Of a stretch of 64,000 nucleotides of DNA, positions 50,425 to 62,984 are shown piece by piece. This DNA comes from Macrostomum lignano (lineage: Eukaryota): NCBI GenBank assembly GCA_002269645.1, contig NIVC01000470.1, positions 18,872 through 82,871 of the forward strand, in the 5' to 3' direction. The translations under genes were made by a program, and so were the position numbers. The stretch's first letter is position 1. The number at the start of each line of letters is the position of its first letter. Below the pieces are notes generated by a model. The model saw nothing but the letters and a program-made list of their open reading frames with translations, made no database searches and was not told where the DNA came from.

Positions 50425-51520
50425 CTGGCCCAGCAACTTAGGATCGGGGAGGTTGGCTAAGCATCTGAGGATCTGGGAGGCTGGCCCAGCAACTGAGGAT
50501 CGGGGAGGTTGGCTAAGCATCTGAGGATCTGGGAGGCTGGCCCAGCAACTGAGGATCGGGGAGGCTGGCTAAGCATCTGAGGATCAGGTAGGCTGGCCCA
50601 GCAACTGAGGATCTGGGAGGCTGGCCCAGCAACTGAGGATCTGTGAGGCTGGCCCAGCAACTGAGGATCTGGGAGGCTGGTCCAGCAACTGAGGATCTGG
50701 GAGGCTGGCCCAGCAACTGAGGATCTGTGAGGCTGGCTCAGCAACTGAGGATCTGTGAGGCTGGCCCAGCAACTGAGGATCTGTGAGGCTGGCCCAGCAA
50801 CTGAGGATCTGTGAGGCTGGCCCAGCAACTGAGGATCTGTGAGGCTGGCCCAGCAACTGAGGATCTGGGAGGCTGGCCCAGCATCTGAGGATCTGGGAGG
50901 CTGGCCCAGCATCTGAGGATCTGGGAGGCTGGCCCAGCATCTGAGGATCTGGGAGGCTGGCCCAGCAGCTGAGGATCTGGGAGGCTGGCCCAGCATCTGA
51001 GGATCTGGGAGGCTGGCCCAGAGGATCTGGGAGGCTAGCCCAGAGGATCTGGGAGGCTAGCCCTGAGGATCTAAGAGGCTAGTCCTGAGGATCTAAGAGG
51101 CTAGTCCTGAGGATCTGGGAGGCTAGCCCTGAGGATCTGGGAGGCTAGCCCTGAGGATCTGGGAGGCTAGCCCTGAGGATCTGGGAGGCTAGCCCTGAGG
51201 ATCTGGGAGGCTAGCCCTGAGGATCTGGGAGGCTAGCCCTGAGGATCTGGGAGGCTAGCCCTGAGGATCTGGGAGGCTAGCCCAGAGGATCTGGGAGGCT
51301 AGCCCTGAGGATCTAAGAGGCTAGTCCTGAGGATCTAAGAGGCTAGTCCTGAGGATCTGGGAGGCTAGCCCTGAGGATCTGGGAGGCTAGCCCTGAGGAT
51401 CTGGGAGGCTAGCCCTGAGGATCTGGGAGGCTGGCCCTGAGGATCTGGGAGGCTGGCCCTGAGGATCTGGGAGGCTAGCCCTGAGGATCTGGGCAGGCTG
51501 ACACCAACAACTGAGGATCT
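50425..51520. repeat. 28 bp then 22 bp minisatellite (CTGAGGATCTGGGAGGCTGGCCCAGCAA / CCCTGAGGATCTGGGAGGCTAG)
   Basis: Direct reading; a short dispersed array of the 28-mer recurs at ~61455-61555. Confidence 0.95.
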
Positions 51521-51648
51521 GGTGACTGGCATTAAGATTAAATTAATCCAAGCAAAACTAGCCTAAGGAAGCTCTGATTACTCTTGCATTGTTTGTCTCT
51601 TGACTTGTCGCTACGCTGAACACCCGACATGCTTGCTGCAGCTCAGCC

Positions 51649-54600
51649 ATGTCGGCCGGAGACCGCGAGGAGCCGGCGATGTGGCCGCGGGAAGCCGCCT
51701 CCTGGATAGTGAGCCAGGCTGATCACGTGACCGTCCTGGAGGCGGGCATTCGCTCGCTGGCCGACACCCTGCAGCCGGTGTTCGAGCGGGGCGAGTACTC
51801 TCTGGCCAGCTGGCGGCGGCATCCTTTGAACCCGAAGTCAGCTGACGGGCGGGCAGTCAGCTGGGTGTTCCTGGCCGATACGCTTAATTTCTCCTTCTGG
51901 TCGGATGCCGAGGTTTGTTGGGGTTGTTGTTCGGTGACGAGGTTGTTGTGTCAGCAGCTTGATTTGTGTCAGGACCGTGACGTATCAGGGTCTAGCTATC
52001 GCGTCAGTGTCTGTCTGTTAATTGTGCCAGGATCTGTTTTGTCAGTGTCCGAGTCTGTTGTTTCAGTGTCAGGATCTGTTTTGTCAGTGTCAGGATCTGT
52101 TGTTTCAGTGTCAGGATCTGTTGTTTCAGTGTCAGGATCTGTTGTGTCAGTGTCAGGATCTGTTGTGTCAGCGTCAGGATCTGTTGTTTCAATGTCAGGA
52201 TCTGTTGTTTCAGTGTCAGGATCTGTTGTTTCAGTGTCAGGATCTGTTGTTTCAGTGTCAGGATCTGTTGTTTCAATGTCAGGATCTGTTGTTTCAGTGT
52301 CAGGATCTGTTGTTTCAGTGTCGGGATCTGTTGTTTCAGTGTCGGGATCTGTTGTTTCAGTGTCAGGATCTGTTGTTTCGGTGTCGGGATCTGTTGTTTC
52401 AGTGTCAGCATCTATTGTGTCAGTGTCTGGATCTATTGTGTCAGTGTCAGGATCTGTTGTTTCAGTGTCAGCATCTATTGTGTCAGTGTCTGGATCTATT
52501 GTGTCAGTGTCAGGATCTGTTGTTTCAGTGTCAGGATCTGTTGTTTCAGTGTCGGGATCTGTGTCAAGGCCAGGTCTATTGTGTCAGTGCCCGTCCACAA
52601 TACAATCGCTGCGCATCGCCAGGCTGACGCCAAGTTTTGCGTCACGTACGCGGGCGAGCGGCACACGGGCTACTGGTCCCTGTGCGCGGCCATCAACCGC
52701 ACTCTGGACGAAGGCTTCGACCTGCTGGACCCGAAACTCTGGCCCGGCCTGACTCTGGACAGATTGATTCATCTGCTTCGCGGCGACCGTTCTGAGATGC
52801 CGCTTATGCAGGAGAGGCTGGACTGTCTGCAAGAGACCGGTCGGATTCTGGTGGATCGGTACGGTGGGGACTTCAACAATGTGCTGCTGGCTGCGGCCGG
52901 CTCCGCCAGGAGGCTGCTGGAGCTGGTGGTCACCGAGTTCCCGTGCTACAGGGACGTCTCCGTGTATAAGGTGTGTCCTGTTACAGACAGCTGTGTTCCA
53001 GTGTCAGGCATAAGAGGTTGCAGTGTCAGGCATAAGAGGTTGCAGTGTCAGGCTTAGAGGTTGCAGTATCAGGCATAAGAGGTTGCAGTGTCAGGCTTAG
53101 AGGTTGCAGTGTCAGGCTTAGAGGTTGCAGTGTCAGGCATAAGAGGTTGCAGTGTCAGGCTTAGAGGTTGCAGTGTCAGGCATAGAGGTTGCAGTGTCAG
53201 GCATAAGAGGTTGCAGTGTCAGGCTTAGAGGTTGCAGTGTCAGGCATAAGAGGTTGCAGTGTCAGGCTTAGAGGTTGCAGTGTCAGGCTTAGAGGTTGCA
53301 GTGTCAGGCATAGAGGTTGCAGTGTCAGGCATAGAGGTTGCAGTGTCAGCCAGAGAGTTCAACTGTGATTGAGTCAATTTTGTTTCCTGCCAGACAGCGG
53401 GTTTTCCAGTTTCGCGCTTTCCTATTTAAGTACAGCCAGTCCTTTTCACGCGTGTTGCCATGCAGGGTTGCCGAGTAGGCCTGTACAAGCGAGCCCAGAT
53501 CCTTGTCGCCGACATCTGGGGTGCCCTGGAGGGCGCCGGCCCGGCCGATTTCAACGACATCGACTGTCTGACGGCGTTCGCCGACTACCGGATTCCGCAG
53601 GCGCTGGAGTACTTTGGGGTGCTGCAGTACGGGCCTTCGCTGAGGGAGGCTCTGAATGAGCGCCGCATGCTGCCCAATGGCCACCCTATGGAGGTGGGTT
53701 CGGCTGAGCATCTAGTTCTTCCCTGAATCATCTACTTCCTCCCTGAATCATCTACCTCCTCCCTGAATCATCTAGTTCTTCCCTGAATCATCTAGTTCTT
53801 CCCTGAATCACCTAGTTCCTCCCTGAATCATCCAGTTCATCCCTAAATCATCTAGTCCCTCCCTGAATCATTTATTACCTCGTGTATCATCTACTTCCTC
53901 CCTGACCCTGAATCTACTTCCTCCCTGAATCATCTAATTCTTCCCTGAATCATCTACTTCTTCCCTGAATCATCTACTTCTTCCCTGAATCATCTAATTC
54001 TTCCCTAAATCATCTAATTCTTCCCTGAATCATCTAGTTCCTCCATGAATCGTCTAGTTCCTCCCTGAATCATCTACTTCCTCCCTGAATCATCTAATTC
54101 TTCCCTGGATCATCTAATTCTTCCCTGAATCATCCAGTTCCTCCATGAATCATCTAGTTCCTCCATGAATCATTGAGTTCCTCCCTGAATCATCTACTTC
54201 CTCCCTGAATCATCCAGTTCCTCCCTGAATCATCTACTTCCTGAATCATCCAGTTCCTTCCTGAATCATCCAGTTCCTCCCTGAATCATCTACTTCCTCC
54301 CTGAATCATCTAGTTCTCCATGAAGCATCTAGTTCCTCCCTGAATCATCGAGTTCCTCCCTGAATCATCTACTTCCTCCCTGAATCATCCAGTTCCTCCC
54401 TGAATCATCTACTTCCTCCCTGAATTATCTAGTTCTCCATGAAGCATCTAGTTCCCCAGCTCACACAAATGTCGTTCTGTTGACTTAGTTCACTTTGTGT
54501 TTTAAATTCAATGTATCTTAATTGTCTTCTAGTAGTAGGCAGATATAGTAGATATCTGTGTACCCTGAAAAGGGCCGTTTTAGCTGGATCGCCAACACTT

Positions 54601-54823
54601 GCCCGATCCCATCGCGCGCCCGCAGGTGGAAATTCGCGGCGCCACAATCCACGCGGTGGAGCTGCTGGCCAGCGAGATGCGGCGCCGATTCTCGACCAGT
54701 GGAAACGGTCACCGGCTGATAAACTCGGTACTGCTCGACCACTACCTGTGGGACTACAGGCGGCAGTTCGCGGACAAGATCGACCACCTGCCGTTTCATC
54801 GGACCCGCTGCATCTACTACTGA
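51649..54823 (+). CDS. QNG1: Queuosine 5'-phosphate N-glycosylase/hydrolase (queuine salvage), 4 exons (51649-51912, 52623-52970, 53466-53693, 54626-54823), 345 aa
   Basis: HPLNP, WVFLADTLNFSFW, GYWSLCAAINR, FPCYRDVS, LYKRAQILVADIW, TAFADYRIPQ, EVEIRG, INSVLLDHYLWD and C-terminal PFHRTRCIYY match C9orf64/QNG1. All introns are phase 0 GT-AG; 1038 nt in frame. AATAAA at 54865 and 54886. Confidence 0.95.
52020..52590. repeat. 21 bp minisatellite (TCAGTGTCAGGATCTGTTGTT)n, QNG1 intron 1
   Basis: About 26 copies. Confidence 0.95.
53000..53350. repeat. 21-22 bp minisatellite (GTCAGGCTTAGAGGTTGCAGT)n, QNG1 intron 2
   Basis: About 16 copies. Confidence 0.95.
53720..54450. repeat. 20 bp minisatellite (TCCCTGAATCATCTACTTCC)n, QNG1 intron 3
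   Basis: About 35 copies. Confidence 0.95.
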
Positions 54824-55021
54824 CCGCTAGTATTAGTAGTAGGATTAGCTAGCAGTCTGTGCCAAATAAATCGATAAAATTGTGCAATAAACGAACCACT
54901 AGCTTAACTGTCTGTTTCTCTGAAATTGCAAATCGTTATGGTTTGTTTGAATGCCTTCAATCTGTGTATCCTAGCAGCCAATTGGATGGAGTTATTTCCT
55001 ATCCAGTTTACGTGTACACGG

Positions 55022-55226
55022 TAACACAGGAGGGTGTACAGCGGCCCTGAGTTTCTAATCGTCAGGCATGTGCACTCTGTGCCTTGGGGGTCGGGCCTCA
55101 TGGCTGTGAATCGCACGACATGCTCCAGACCAATTTCCGTGCACAGAGCCAAAGTTAGTGAGGCTGCGCACCGAATCGAGCCCAAGTACGTTTCTGCCGC
55201 ACTATCACTGAGCTCTTCTGCACGCG
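55022..55226 (-). mobile_element. tRNA-derived SINE copy (diverged)
   Basis: The reverse complement shares collinear blocks with 59821-60040: GGCTCGATTC, AAATTGG, TCGTGC, CCCCAAGGCACAG, TG(C/T)ACATGCCT, AGGGCCGCTGTACAC. Confidence 0.65.
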
Positions 55227-55243
55227 AATTTGTAAAATATATC

Positions 55244-56601
<1,358 letters not shown>

Positions 56602-57048
56602 GGGCAGGAATGGGGTCAGTATGGCATAGCAGGGCAGTTACAGTGTTGAGGTAGATAGGAAGTCTATTAAAAAAGAAAAGTCCAGTCCTGTACGCATTCC
56701 TCTTAAAAAGCAATTTCAAACACAAGAACAGGGGTGCTTCCCAGCAGCCATAGTCGGTCCTCAACTTGAGCACACTGGGGACTCAAATGGCCCAGACACA
56801 ATGGCAATTGCTGCATTATAAAGCAGTTCACCACAGCGTACACTGCGTTTGATTGCACAGCACTAAGCTGAAGCCATTCATCCAGACTACTGTACAGGGC
56901 GGAGTCAACAGCGCGCATTCACAAAAGAAACGGAACCCACATGCGGTATGGCCTAGTATTGCCTTTTATAAATCCTTTAGATTACGCAGTCAGTCACGGG
57001 ACCAGGTTAGCAATTCTTTCCTGACTGGCATTGCATGCAGAAAATCGC

Positions 57049-57534
57049 ATGGCAACTCCCGCCATCGCTGCCGAGGCCGAATCTCTACTGGCCGAGTGCC
57101 TGATGGCCACTGGTCACGTGACCCAGTGCGCCCTGGCCACCAGGCGGGAGCGTCTTGTTTTGGCCAGCCAGCCCGCGGACTCCAGTGGCTGGCCAAGCGC
57201 CAACGATATGCATTGTTTGGCCGGGGCGTTCATCCGGGCTGCTCGGCAGCGGCCGCTGTCTACTACTGCCGATAATGGTGGTAGTAGTAGCATGGGCCTG
57301 CCAAAGGCTGCAGTCTTGCGGCGCCCGCCTCTGCAGCTGGGCGGCCGCAGCTACTTGATTAGCCGGGCTGACGGCTTGTCGATCTATGCTTTGGCAGACG
57401 GCGGCGGCGGCCTGGTGGCGGTGCGGACTTCCGCGCATCTGCTGGTGGCCACCTACTCCGGTGCGATGTGCCCAGCCGTGTGCGTTGAGGCCTGCGAAAC
57501 ATTTGGCGACTATTTGCGGATGAAGGACAAGTGA
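57049..57534 (+). CDS. PFN4: Profilin-4-like protein, single coding exon, 161 aa
   Basis: LLAECLMATGHVTQCAL...SRADGLSIYA...LLVATYSGAMCPAVCVEACETFGDYLRMK closely parallels PFN4 (TLLGTKHVDSAAL...VRADEYSLYA...[29 protein letters not shown]). Acceptor TGCAG lies 8 nt upstream of the ATG. Confidence 0.85.
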   Translation: MATPAIAAEAESLLAECLMATGHVTQCALATRRERLVLASQPADSSGWPSANDMHCLAGAFIRAARQRPLSTTADNGGSSSMGLPKAAVLRRPPLQLGGRSYLISRADGLSIYALADGGGGLVAVRTSAHLLVATYSGAMCPAVCVEACETFGDYLRMKDK

Positions 57535-57574
57535 AGCTGCGTTTGTCCAATTAATTCAAGGTGGAGGTGGAACC

Positions 57575-58870
57575 TCTGATTAAGCACTCCCTAATCCTTC
57601 AGTTGGAAGCCTGTGATTAATCACTCCCTGATCCTTCAGTTAGAAGCTCCGATTAAGCACTCCCTGATCCTTCAGTTGGAACCTCCGATTAAGCACTCCC
57701 TGATCCTTCAGTTGGAACCTCCGATTAAGCACTCCCTGATCCTTCAGTTGGAACCTCCGATTAAGCACTCCCTGATCCTTCAGTTGGAACCTCCGATTAA
57801 GCACTCCCTGATCCTTCAGTTGGAACCTCCGATTAAGCACTCCCTGATCCTTCAGTTGGAACCTCCGATTAAGCACTCCCTGATCCTTCAGTTGGAACCT
57901 CCGATTAAGCACTCCCTGATCCTTCAGTTGGAACCTCCGATTAAGCACTCCCTGATCCTTCAGTTGGAACCTCCGATTAAGCACTCCCTGATCCTTCAGT
58001 TGGAACCTCCGATTAAGCACTCGAGTCGCAGGGAAATCAAGCAGCAGGCCCAGAGGCGCTGGGTCGGCTCCGTAGTCGAAGCTCTATCGGATGTGTTCTC
58101 CGCCATCTGGACCAACTTTATCGAGACGTCTGCCGAGTTTCAACAGGCTTCCCAGCTTCGGCCGGGCAGCGGCGGCAGCAGGCCGGGCACAGACGCACTC
58201 CCTAATCCTTCAGTTGGAAGCCTGTGATTAATCACTCCCTGATCCTTCAGTTAGAAGCTCCGATTAAGCACTCCCTGATCCTTCAGTTGGAACCTCCGAT
58301 TAAGCACTCCCTGATCCTTCAGTTGGAACCTCCGATTAAGCACTCCCTGATCCTTCAGTTGGAACCTCCGATTAAGCACTCCCTGATCCTTCAGTTGGAA
58401 CCTCCGATTAAGCACTCCCTGATCCTTCAGTTGGAACCTCCGATTAAGCACTCCCTGATCCTTCAGTTGGAACCTCCGATTAAGCACTCCCTGATCCTTC
58501 AGTTGGAACCTCCGATTAAGCACTCCCTGATCCTTCAGTTGGAACCTCCGATTAAGCACTCCCTGATCCTTCAGTTGGAACCTCCGATTAAGCACTCCCT
58601 GATCCTTCAGTTGGAACCTCCGATTAAGCACTCCCTGATCCTTCAGTTGGAACCTCCGATTAAGCACTCCCTGATCCTTCAGTTGGAACCTCCGATTAAG
58701 CACTCCCTGATCCTTCAGTTGGAACCTCCGATTAAGCACTCCCTGATCCTTCATTTGGAGTCTCAGTAATCACTCCCGATTCTTCAGTTGGAGTCTCAGA
58801 TTAAGCACTCCCTGATCAGGGAAGCCTCTATGGTCGCTGCGACCATAGAGGCTTCCCTGCCCTGATCCTT
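57575..58870. repeat. 36 bp minisatellite (GATTAAGCACTCCCTGATCCTTCAGTTGGAACCTCC)n, interrupted twice
   Basis: Near-identical copies, interrupted by a 175-bp exon copy (58022-58196) and a 43-bp palindrome (58817-58859). Confidence 0.95.
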
Positions 58871-59223
58871 CAGATGAAATTTGAGTAGTTAATGCATGTA
58901 CAAATCCCGGTTGCACAATCACAGTTACCTTAAAAAAACATTTTTTGTTGATATTTTCGAGATATTTAACGAGCTAGAGTTGATTGTTTATTCCGTTTTT
59001 ACTTGTAACAAAACAAACTACATTAATACTGCATGCATGAAAAACAATAAAGTTAAAAAATAACAAGAAAAACAAAGCCGAGGAGCGTGAAGCTTGTTAT
59101 TGTTCTTGGAATTCATGGAATGGTTCGCAGAAAAAAGTCTATGGTAAAAAGCGGTAGTATCGCTAGGGCATCGAGCCCAAGTGCAGTATATTGCACTGAA
59201 ATCCCAGCTAAATACGATCGTAC

Positions 59224-61192
59224 ATGAAAAGGACAAGAATGCCTCAACGACTGAAGCAGCAGTTTCGACGTCTGGACGCCCTCATCCGGGTCTACTCGCC
59301 GCCCAGACAAGCTCGCGTCGTATTCTGGGATCCGGCGGACTTGCCGGCCTCATCGCCATCTGTAGCCACCGACAGCGGTGAACAGCCGAGCACCAACGCC
59401 TGCAACAGTCGCTCTTCTCAGCAGCAGGTCCCCCAAGAAGACCGGGACGGTCTGACCGCAGCGCCGAGTCGCAGGGAAATCAAGCAGCAGGCCCAGAGGC
59501 GCTGGGTCGGCTCCGTAGTCGAAGCTCTATCGGATGTGTTCTCCGCCATCTGGACCAACTTTATCGAGACGTCTGCCGAGTTTCAACAGGCTTCCCAGCT
59601 TCGGCCGGGCAGCGGCGGCAGCAGGCCGGGCACAGACGCCAAGCTGGTGTCCAATGCGTTCTCGTCCGATCAGCTGATGAGCTCTCGGCCGAGCTTCCGG
59701 ATTCACTTCCGCCTGCTTCAGGAGTTCAGCAACTCGCATGCGCTTACGGTAGGTTTTGAATTTCTCATTTTCTACTTCTTTGTTTTTTAGCACGTTCACG
59801 CGGTGTTTTAATCACTGAGGGGCCGTAGCCTCGTGGTATAGAGCAGCGCTCTGATGTGCCAGCGACCCAGGCTCGATTCCAAGTGCAGTCACATTAATTT
59901 TAGGGCTAAATTGGAATCTCAGCTTGGCTCTGCTCGTGCAATTAACGGCCTTGAGGGGCCAACCCCCAAGGCACAGTGAAGTGTACATGCCTAACAATAA
60001 ATAAAGTTAGGGCCGCTGTACACTCCTGTGTGACTGGGTGCCTGTGTGTATGACTGCGTACGTATCCGCGCGCTTGTGTGCCTGCTCAGGGGAGTCGGCG
60101 GAATAGGCAATAATGCCTCTCGCCTAAAGTGCACTAAGGCGCCAAGGGTGCACACAGCCCCTGCCTCTAACCAAAATGTTTGAATTCTCATTTGGTTGCC
60201 TTTTCTTGCTCAAACCAATCGTGCAGGACTGGGAGAATAACGCGGCGGTGAACGCCTACATCGAGCAGCTAAAGTTCGATCCAATGATCACCGAGTGCTG
60301 CACTGGCTTGTTCAACCGGTTAGACGTGCCAACCCTGCAGACGGTTGACTCGTTCGTGCGCACTCTGCGCCAGGTCTGGTTCCAACCGCTGGAGACTAAT
60401 GCTGGGCAGCCGCGCTGCGGCTATCACCACGTGTGCATCGGGGAGTTTCACAGCCGGAGCAAGTCAATCGGGGCATGCACAACTGGTTCAAGTATCTGCT
60501 CGAAGAGGAGAAGCACAACACTAGGATTCTAAACTGGTGGTCCTACGAGAAAGACTTGCGTGAGTTTTCGTCTCATTACAAAGCTTAGCAAAATGATTGT
60601 TTTTTCAGAATTAAAAGCATGGATTGCTCCTTTGCAATCTGTGTAATCAAAGGTGTCAACCATATCTGCTACCCAAAGCTCTTGTCTACGACACAAATCA
60701 ACCAATGGACTGGCACCGACTGAGCCAATTGACTTGTTGCCTGTTTGGATTTATTGATAATATTGATAATAACTGCAGGAGTTCTTGGGCAACCTGACGC
60801 AACGCCTTCGGTTAATCCTGCCGTGGTTGGGCAGACGCTCTGGGCGTGGAATTTTCCAATTTATTAATAACCAAATCTATTTTTATGACACATGTGTGCT
60901 GTTGCAATAAACCTGTCAAACTGTTGCAGACCTGATCAGCATGAAGTTCAACATGAAACACCCGGATTTCGATGCCTGGTACACAAAAGAAAAGTCCAGC
61001 TTCCTGGTTGGTGTGCCAACCGATTTTGAGTTGCTGCTGTTCACTGTGGTTACCATGGTGAATCCTAACAGGGACACAAGCATTCAGATCAAGGACTACG
61101 AGCCCTTGGTGGTTGTGCCGAGGAGCTTGAAGAAGACGGGCAGTTTGGTGACGGCGTACTTTCGTGAGAGTCCCAAAAGGATCAGCGGTTAG
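59224..61192 (+). CDS. ENDOU: EndoU/XendoU-family uridylate-specific endoribonuclease, 3 exons (59224-59748, 60227-60559, 60930-61192), with a 1-nt frameshift at 60470-60473; 373 aa if restored
   Basis: LRQVWF...CGYHHVCIGE, then in the shifted frame GMHNWFKYLLEEE, then KEKSSFLVGVPTDFELLLF...LVTAY, matching EndoU motifs (MWF, GFEHVF.GE, G.HNW..YL.EK, K..GS.FIG.SPEFE, IATAY). Splice phases close only if one G is added. The start codon is uncertain. Confidence 0.8.
59817..60040 (+). mobile_element. tRNA-derived SINE in EndoU intron 1
   Basis: A-box TAGCCTCGTGGT, B-box-like GGCTCGATTCC, and a body shared with 55022-55226. Confidence 0.7.
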
Positions 61193-62351
61193 GAGCTGGA
61201 CTGGCTGGTAGCGCAGCTTCACTCCACTCTGTTTCCGTTTTGATTTTGATTTCATTTCTTCAAAATTTAATTTGCAAAATTCACTGCCCTCAAAAAGTTA
61301 ACTTGAAATTGAAGCCAAACTTAAATAGACAACTGACCTCAAAGTACGTCAAAAATTGGCATTTGCGTTTGCGTAACTGAATCAGCAGTTTTTGTTTGTT
61401 TTGCTTTGGGGAGCGGCAGAATTTAAACTGTAGGACTGTCAGGGGGTGACCCGGCAACTGGGGATCTGGGAGGCTGACCCAGCAACTGAGGATCTGGGAG
61501 GCTGGCCCAGCATCTGAGGGTCTGGGAGGCTGGCCCAGCAAGTGAGGATCTTGGAGGGCAGTGGCAGTCAGGCATATTAAAATGGATAGTCAGTATGCAC
61601 GACTGCTCTCGTCAGCGAAGCTACAACTAAAATGAGAAATGAAGTGCACACGAATTTCAAAAGGAAATTCACTTTTGCCGAAGCTTATTTCCTCCGCCTT
61701 CGGATTAGAGTAGTCCCTGAGTGGTCAATTCTACTTGTTTGTCCTAAAAGCAGTGAAGTTTATTCTTCGGTAAGTGGCAAACACTGCAGATGTGCGGTGT
61801 GCATTAGAATACACAAGCAGAAGCTCTGCTAGATAGCCTTAGCACAGTGAGGGCCATCAGTGGTTTGTTGACAAGTTTTATCTTGCATTTCTCTGCTACG
61901 GCGAAAGAGAAAAAAATAATCAAGGCAAAAGGCAATGATGTTGTGAGCGCTGAGCTCTCTCTGGCTCTCTCTCTCTCTCTCCGTGCAAGGGCCAAGCTGA
62001 GGTTTGAGCACAGGTAAACACGGGGCTTGAGAACTACGCACGTATGAGCCAGTTGAGCCATAAACTGCTGTGCAGGGTTGATGAAGAAAGCAGCTCGCCA
62101 GTCTCTCTCTCTCTTTCCTTCACCTCGCGCTTAAAGCAGAAGAAAAGAATCGTCCAGATACTAACGCACAGTGGTCCGCTGTCTCCTGGGCAACAGAGAA
62201 TGAGTGGCAGATGTGCGCTGTGCGCAGACCCGCTTTTTATAAGATGAACGCGGGCAAGGTGGCAACGGGAGAGACATAGCTGTTGACAAATCAAGCAATC
62301 TTTGAAATCTGACTTCTCAGCTGAGCACGCGAGCATCGATCAATCGCTACG

Positions 62352-62984
62352 ATGGCGCTGTTTCGTGGCCTGGAAGAGCCGGAGAACGTGGGCTACTACG
62401 CGGTGATCAGGTTCACGCAGGACATTGCCTACAATTACCACAATAGCGTCAAGCGCACAGCCTCCATCATTCAGCGCAGCCACGGTGGACACGAGTGCGC
62501 CTTCCTGCCGGACGTGCAGCGTATTGAAGGCGATGAGAGGCGACTGTACGGCTACGGAGTTTTGTACTTTCCTAACTTCGACGCGGCCAAGTACTGGTAC
62601 GAGTGCACTAATGAGGTTCGCCAGCAGGACTGGCTGTGGTCAGCCGATATTGTAATCGTGCCAGCTCGAGGCGCCTTCGACAAAGGCATGGCCGTCCTGG
62701 AGATCAACGACTGGTCAGCGTTCAGGGATCAGACGGCTTTCGAAGACGAGTACCTCAAGGGGCTCAACAACACGACCGAGGGCCGTTGGAACATTGTGGC
62801 CTGTCCGGACTACCTGCAGTACCGGATGCGCAGCAGCTGGAGTCCCAAGTACCTGGTTATCAACCAGTGGTCCGACGTGGAAACCTGGCGAAGTTACAGG
62901 CAAGCACACGGCGCCGCGATGCACAGCTTCGCCCAGACCGTGGCCACGGGCTCCGTGCAGGTTGGCGTCAATCTCAACGTGTGA
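62352..62984 (+). CDS. Intronless protein with two tandem DUF1330-like (dimeric alpha/beta barrel) domains, 210 aa
   Basis: GC3-rich coding bias. RIEGD...VLYFPNFDAAKYWY and SWSPKYLVINQWSDVETWRSY resemble the DUF1330 pattern EG.W...V...FP..EAA..WY. Upstream CTGAC...TTCTCAG acceptor at 62320. Confidence 0.7.
   Translation: MALFRGLEEPENVGYYAVIRFTQDIAYNYHNSVKRTASIIQRSHGGHECAFLPDVQRIEGDERRLYGYGVLYFPNFDAAKYWYECTNEVRQQDWLWSADIVIVPARGAFDKGMAVLEINDWSAFRDQTAFEDEYLKGLNNTTEGRWNIVACPDYLQYRMRSSWSPKYLVINQWSDVETWRSYRQAHGAAMHSFAQTVATGSVQVGVNLNV

Noticed and set aside
51649-52752. 367-aa read-through ORF with SVSGSVV repeats
   Set aside because: It is QNG1 exon 1 running into the intronic 21-bp repeat; homology resumes in another frame after the AG at 52622.
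59821-59895. Possible tRNA gene
   Set aside because: There is no proper acceptor stem or anticodon arm, and it continues into a body shared with another dispersed copy, so it is called a SINE.
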